A DNA stretch of 64,000 nt from Alistipes sp. (GTDB lineage Bacteria; Bacteroidota; Bacteroidia; Bacteroidales; Rikenellaceae): assembly GCA_022511295.1 (NCBI GenBank), contig JAFLRT010000001.1, positions 21,465 to 85,464 of the forward strand, given 5' to 3'. The position numbers and the translations under genes are program-made. The notes beneath the pieces are model-generated. The model worked only from the letters and a program-made list of their open reading frames with translations. It was not told the DNA's origin and ran no database searches. Shown one piece after another: positions 59,541 to 64,000 of the stretch. Within the stretch, counting starts at the first letter, position 1, and the number at the start of each line of letters is the position of its first letter.

Positions 59541-62500
59541 ATGAATAACAACGGATTGAAACGGGAAGATTTCCTCTTCGAGATTTGCGCCAACGGAGTT
59601 GAGAGTTGCATAGCGGCACAGGATGGCGGTGCCGACCGCGTGGAGTTGTGCGCATCTATGCCCGAGGGCGGCACAACGCCCTCCTGCGGCGAGATAAGGC
59701 AGGCTCGGCGTCTGCTCGACAAAACGCGGCTTCATGTTATCATACGTCCTCGAGGCGGCGATTTCGTCTACTCTCCGCTCGAGGCAGAGCGTATGGCTGA
59801 CGATATCTCGTTCGCCCGCGAGGCAGGTGCCGACGGCGTTGTCTTCGGCTGTCTTACACCTCAGGGGGATGTGGACAAAGAGTTGTGTATGACCTTGCTG
59901 AAGGCTGCCGAGGGAATGTCGGTTACATTCCACCGCGCCTTTGACTGCTGCCGCGACCCGCGACAGGCTCTCGAAGATATAATCTCGCTCGGATTCGACC
60001 GCATACTTACATCGGGACAGCAGCCCTCGGCCGAGGAGGGTGTGGAACTGCTGCGTGAACTGCACCGGCAGGCGGCAGGACGCATTATCCTGCTTGCCGG
60101 ATGCGGCGTAAATGAAAACAATATAACAAAAATACAGCAAATGACAGGTATACGCGAGTTTCATTTCTCGGCAGGCGAACAGATGGTGTCGCCGGCTGCC
60201 GACTCTCCTCTTTCTGAAAGTTTCGGTTGCCGCAGGGTAACGACCGCACGCAGGGTAAAGGCTACAATAGGTCGTCTGGCGTTGGTCGCAGCGATGTTAT
60301 TCTCACCCTTGGCGGCCGTATGCGCACATACGGATTCGGAGCGCTTTATCTCCGACCGCGAAACGCATGAACGGGTAATGCAGGCCTTTGATAAAAAGTG
60401 TGCGATAGTCGGTGGCAGTTATGCCGACGAGATAGCCCTCGTGAAAGATGAACGCGAGGCTGATGCGCTGCGTTTCCTGTATGCCTATATGCCATTGGCC
60501 GATATTACGGATTATCCGGTAGAGTTCCATCTGCGCAATGTACGGGCGAGTTTCGCAGCCCGTGAGCAGATGTCATGGGGCCGCAGCGTACCCGACCTCC
60601 TCTTCCGCCACTTCGTACTCCCCGAGCGCATAAACGATGAACCGCTCGATGATTCGCGCACGGTATTCTTCGAGGAACTGCGTCCGCGCATAGAGGGAAT
60701 GAGCATGAAAGATGCTGTCCTCGAGGTCAATCACTGGTGCCATGAACACGTAACATATTCACCCTCGGACGGCCGTACTCTCGCGCCGATGGCTTGTGTG
60801 AAGAATGCCCTTGGACGCTGCGGCGAGGAGTCTACATTCACCGTTGCCGCGCTGCGTGCCGTCGGCATACCTGCACGCGAGGTATACACTCCGCGCTGGG
60901 CGCATACCGACGACAACCATGCCTGGGTGGAGGCGTGGGCCGACGGCAAGTGGTATTTCCTCGGTGCCTGCGAACCCGAACCGGTACTCAATCTGGGCTG
61001 GTTCAATGCGCCTGCATCACGTGCCATGCTTATGCATACGCGCGCCTTCGGCGATTACAACGGTCCCGAAGAGGTTATGCTGCGCACATCGTGCTTCACG
61101 GAGATAAACCTTATCGACAACTACGGCAGCAGCGCCCGGGTGGATTTCCGCGTCGTGGATTCCAAGGGACGTGCCGTCGATGATGCCCGCGTAGACTTCA
61201 AAATATACAACTACTCGGAGCTGTGTACCGTTGTCTCCAAGTATACCGACCGTCGCGGCCGCACATTCCTCACCGCCGGCAAGGGCGACATGATCGTATG
61301 GGTGTCGAAAGACGGGCAGTGCGGATTCGTCAAGGCTTCGTTCGGCACCGACAGCGAGGTGGTCGTGCGCATTGCACGGCCTGCCGACGGCCAGGTGCGC
61401 GAGGTGGACATAGTGCCGCCGCCGGAGAGGGTGCTCATACCCGAGGTGCCGGCGGAACTCACCGCCGCCAATGACCGGCGTCTGGAGTACGAAGATTCGT
61501 TGCGCCGCGCATACGAGGCCACATTCTACCACCGCAGCGAGGGCGATGACGCCCGTTGGGCGCCGTACCTCGAAAAGAGTCGCGGCAACCACGCTGTGAT
61601 AAGGGCATTTATCGAAAAATACGGCTATGAAAACCCCGACAGGGCAGAAGCATTGCTCTCATCGCTCTCGGACAAGGATTTGCGCGATATGCCGATGGAG
61701 ATTCTCGAAGACAACTTCACGGCCGAGAGCGACCAACTGTGTCCCCGTGTGGAAAACGAACTGATAATATTGCCGTACAAGCATCTGTTGCAGGGTGTCT
61801 TCGACGAAGATACCAAAGAACAGATGAGACGCGACCCCTCGCTCCTCGTAAAGTGGGTTGCCGAGAATATACGTCTCAATCCCGATACCAGAACGCTGCG
61901 CATAGCCCAGACACCTGCCGGCGTATGGCATTCGCGTATAACAGACACCCGCAGCCGCGTCATATTCTTCGTGTCGCTTGCCCGCTCGCTCGGCATAGAG
62001 GCACGCAGAGATGCCGTAACGGGCAAGGTGCAGTATATGGCTGACGGTGTGTGGACAGATGTGGATTTCGGTGCCGAGAAACAACTCTCCTCGCCGCAGG
62101 GGACGCTCGTACTCACCTATGAGCCTACGCGCCTGCTCGACGACCCGAAATATTACAACCACTTTACCATAGCGCGCATCACCTCCGAGGGCCGCACCTC
62201 ACAACTCAACTTCGAGGAGGGGCAGGTCGATATGGGCGGCGGCACGACATGGAGCAGCACCTTCCGCGACGGAGTTATGCTCGACGAAGGACTCTATATC
62301 CTCGTCTCCGGAACACGTCTTGCAGGCGGCAGCGTCCTCGCCTCAACCCGCATATTCGAGATACGCGAAGGCCAGACAGTAACACTTCCGCTCGAGTTCA
62401 GACAGAGCGATACCGAGTTGAGCGTTATCGGTACCTTCGATGCCGAGAGCCGTATCCTGCCGTGTGAGGCGAAATCTGACGGCGAAGGTGTCGAGGTGGG

Positions 62501-62903
62501 AGAACTACCTGTCTCGATTCTCTCGCGCACGGGTCGCGGATACTATGTTCTGGGTCTCGTGTCGCTGGGGCAGGAACCTACCGACCATGCGCTGCGCGAT
62601 ATAGCCCGCGTGAAAGATGATTTTGATGCGTGGGGACGACCTGTGGTGCTGATTTTCGGCAGTGAGCAGGAGGCGCGCAAATGGCGCTCGGCAAACTATG
62701 GAACGATGCCTGAAAACCTTATCCTCGGTATAGATACCGACGGCAGTATACGAAACAGCATCGCCGCGCAGATGAAACTGCAAAATGGCGGTCGTATGCC
62801 GGTCTTTATCGTTACCGATACCTTCAACCGCATAGTATTCTGCTCCGAAGGATACACTATAGGTCTTGGAGAACAGATGCAGCGGGTAATCAAAGGCTTA
62901 TAG
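59541..62903 (+). CDS. Fusion: CutC-family TIM barrel + internal signal-like segment + transglutaminase-like (PNGase-like motif) protein
   Basis: EICAN, GADRVELC, GGTTPS, IRPRGGDF, TFHRAFD, RILTSG (CutC); GRCGEES and NHAWVE (transglutaminase-like core); TATATTTG box at 59516-59523. Confidence 0.85.
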   Translation: MNNNGLKREDFLFEICANGVESCIAAQDGGADRVELCASMPEGGTTPSCGEIRQARRLLDKTRLHVIIRPRGGDFVYSPLEAERMADDISFAREAGADGVVFGCLTPQGDVDKELCMTLLKAAEGMSVTFHRAFDCCRDPRQALEDIISLGFDRILTSGQQPSAEEGVELLRELHRQAAGRIILLAGCGVNENNITKIQQMTGIREFHFSAGEQMVSPAADSPLSESFGCRRVTTARRVKATIGRLALVAAMLFSPLAAVCAHTDSERFISDRETHERVMQAFDKKCAIVGGSYADEIALVKDEREADALRFLYAYMPLADITDYPVEFHLRNVRASFAAREQMSWGRSVPDLLFRHFVLPERINDEPLDDSRTVFFEELRPRIEGMSMKDAVLEVNHWCHEHVTYSPSDGRTLAPMACVKNALGRCGEESTFTVAALRAVGIPAREVYTPRWAHTDDNHAWVEAWADGKWYFLGACEPEPVLNLGWFNAPASRAMLMHTRAFGDYNGPEEVMLRTSCFTEINLIDNYGSSARVDFRVVDSKGRAVDDARVDFKIYNYSELCTVVSKYTDRRGRTFLTAGKGDMIVWVSKDGQCGFVKASFGTDSEVVVRIARPADGQVREVDIVPPPERVLIPEVPAELTAANDRRLEYEDSLRRAYEATFYHRSEGDDARWAPYLEKSRGNHAVIRAFIEKYGYENPDRAEALLSSLSDKDLRDMPMEILEDNFTAESDQLCPRVENELIILPYKHLLQGVFDEDTKEQMRRDPSLLVKWVAENIRLNPDTRTLRIAQTPAGVWHSRITDTRSRVIFFVSLARSLGIEARRDAVTGKVQYMADGVWTDVDFGAEKQLSSPQGTLVLTYEPTRLLDDPKYYNHFTIARITSEGRTSQLNFEEGQVDMGGGTTWSSTFRDGVMLDEGLYILVSGTRLAGGSVLASTRIFEIREGQTVTLPLEFRQSDTELSVIGTFDAESRILPCEAKSDGEGVEVGELPVSILSRTGRGYYVLGLVSLGQEPTDHALRDIARVKDDFDAWGRPVVLIFGSEQEARKWRSANYGTMPENLILGIDTDGSIRNSIAAQMKLQNGGRMPVFIVTDTFNRIVFCSEGYTIGLGEQMQRVIKGL

Positions 62904-62921
62904 ATAAGATTTATAAACAAA

Positions 62922-62958
62922 AATAATCGCCGCCCTTTTATTGGGGCGGCGATTGTTT
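62922..62958. terminator. Bidirectional intrinsic terminator
   Basis: AATAATCGCCGCCC/GGGCGGCGATTGTT stem between convergent genes. Confidence 0.8.
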
Positions 62959-62973
62959 TGTTGCGCCAATCGA

Positions 62974-63999
62974 CTATCTTGTGATTTTTACTATACAATC
63001 GACGCTTTCGGAGTGGTCGGGCAGCGTAACCGTAAGCGTCTTCGATTTGCGGTCGTAACGCCATGAGCATTCGCCTTGTAACAGCGTAACCGTTTTCGGC
63101 TTGCGGTCTAAACTTATGACGACACTGTTTGTATTTCGGTCGAGAACGTGGAGATATGCAACGCCCTCTTTCTGAGTCGAAACGCCCCATTCGCTCTCAT
63201 CGACCGGTCCGCGATGCGTGCCGTAGACACTCTCGCCGTACATATCCATCCACTTGCCTATATCCTGCAACCTGTCAAGTGCATCTGCGGGCAGTTCTCC
63301 GTTAGGTTGCGGGCCTATGTTGAGCAGCAGGTTGCAGCCCTTGCCTGCGGCACGTACAATCAGTTCGATAAGTTGGTCGGAACTTTTGTAATTGGTGTCG
63401 CTGACCTTGTATCCCCACATGCCGTTCATCGTCTGGCACATCTCGAGAGGCAGGCGGCTTATCTCCTGTCCGGAAAGTCCCGCTTTGTTTTCACCGGGCA
63501 GGTCGCGCTCGAACATCTGAAAATCCTCGCCGGCGATGGGCGTAATATGGTGATTGTTGCCTATAAGCAGTTCGGGACGCAGCGAGTGAGCATAGTCGTA
63601 AAATTCGCTCATGCGCCAGTCGAACGGCACCTCATCGCTGTCATGGTCCCAGTAGCCGTCGAGCCACAGAGCGCCTATCGGACCGTAACCGGTAAGCAAC
63701 TCGGCTACCTGACGCTTCATAAATGCGAAATAGTTATCATAGTCGGGCTTCAGTATGCGTCCCGTCTCCTTGCCCGTGCGACCGAGAGGATAGTCCTCGC
63801 GCATCCAGTCGAGAATGGAGTAGTAGAGGTGCAGTCTTATACCCTCCTCCCGGCATGCCTGCGCCAACTCCTTCAGAACGTCGCGACCGAAAGGCGTGGC
63901 TTTCACTATATTGTAGTCGCTCTCGGCGGTGTCCCACATCGAGAATCCGTCGTGGTGGCGCGTGGTGAAGGTTATGTATTTGGCGCCGGAGTTCTTGAT
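62974..63999 (-). CDS. Alpha-L-fucosidase (GH29), 5' part outside the window
   Basis: GAKYITFTTRHHDGF, LYYSILDW, LWLDG nucleophile, EMCQTM, LLLNIGP. Confidence 0.92.
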   Translation of the reverse strand: MKNSGAKYITFTTRHHDGFSMWDTAESDYNIVKATPFGRDVLKELAQACREEGIRLHLYYSILDWMREDYPLGRTGKETGRILKPDYDNYFAFMKRQVAELLTGYGPIGALWLDGYWDHDSDEVPFDWRMSEFYDYAHSLRPELLIGNNHHITPIAGEDFQMFERDLPGENKAGLSGQEISRLPLEMCQTMNGMWGYKVSDTNYKSSDQLIELIVRAAGKGCNLLLNIGPQPNGELPADALDRLQDIGKWMDMYGESVYGTHRGPVDESEWGVSTQKEGVAYLHVLDRNTNSVVISLDRKPKTVTLLQGECSWRYDRKSKTLTVTLPDHSESVDCIVKITR

Positions 64000-64000
64000 A

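Noticed and set aside
62922-62958. Terminator stem sharing CGCCGCCC with repeat module C
   Set aside because: Short GC-rich match without modules A or B; explained as an ordinary terminator

Overview
Core-chromosome window of a Bacteroidota bacterium, most likely Alistipes-like Rikenellaceae (inferred from gene content and repeated TAnnTTTG -7 promoter boxes). The left two thirds are housekeeping genes (xerD, prmA, recO, ygiQ, recG, ispG, rsgA, pnp, rpsO, apbE, eno, queA, glgB, POT transporter, ECF sigma, dnaX, tyrS, folB) plus a complete 8-gene pyrimidine operon with Firmicutes-like proteins. The right third holds a CAZyme-free SusC/SusD locus with a subtilase and four other lipoproteins, a divergent CutC::transglutaminase-like (PNGase-like motif) fusion, and a partial GH29 fucosidase. 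No rRNA, tRNA, CRISPR array, prophage or transposase was seen. Most notable: (1) a dispersed modular intergenic repeat family at 6 sites, including one 202-bp MITE-like copy with IS1-like inverted ends; (2) an unannotated 33-codon leader peptide plus terminator ahead of a pyr operon with no pyrR here; (3) the CutC/PNGase-like fusion beside a protease-SusCD locus and a fucosidase; (4) an A10 slippage site in dnaX; (5) a GH2 that appears to lack its catalytic residues; (6) a POT transporter with a ~155-aa insertion. All calls come from reading motifs by eye; no database searches were run.
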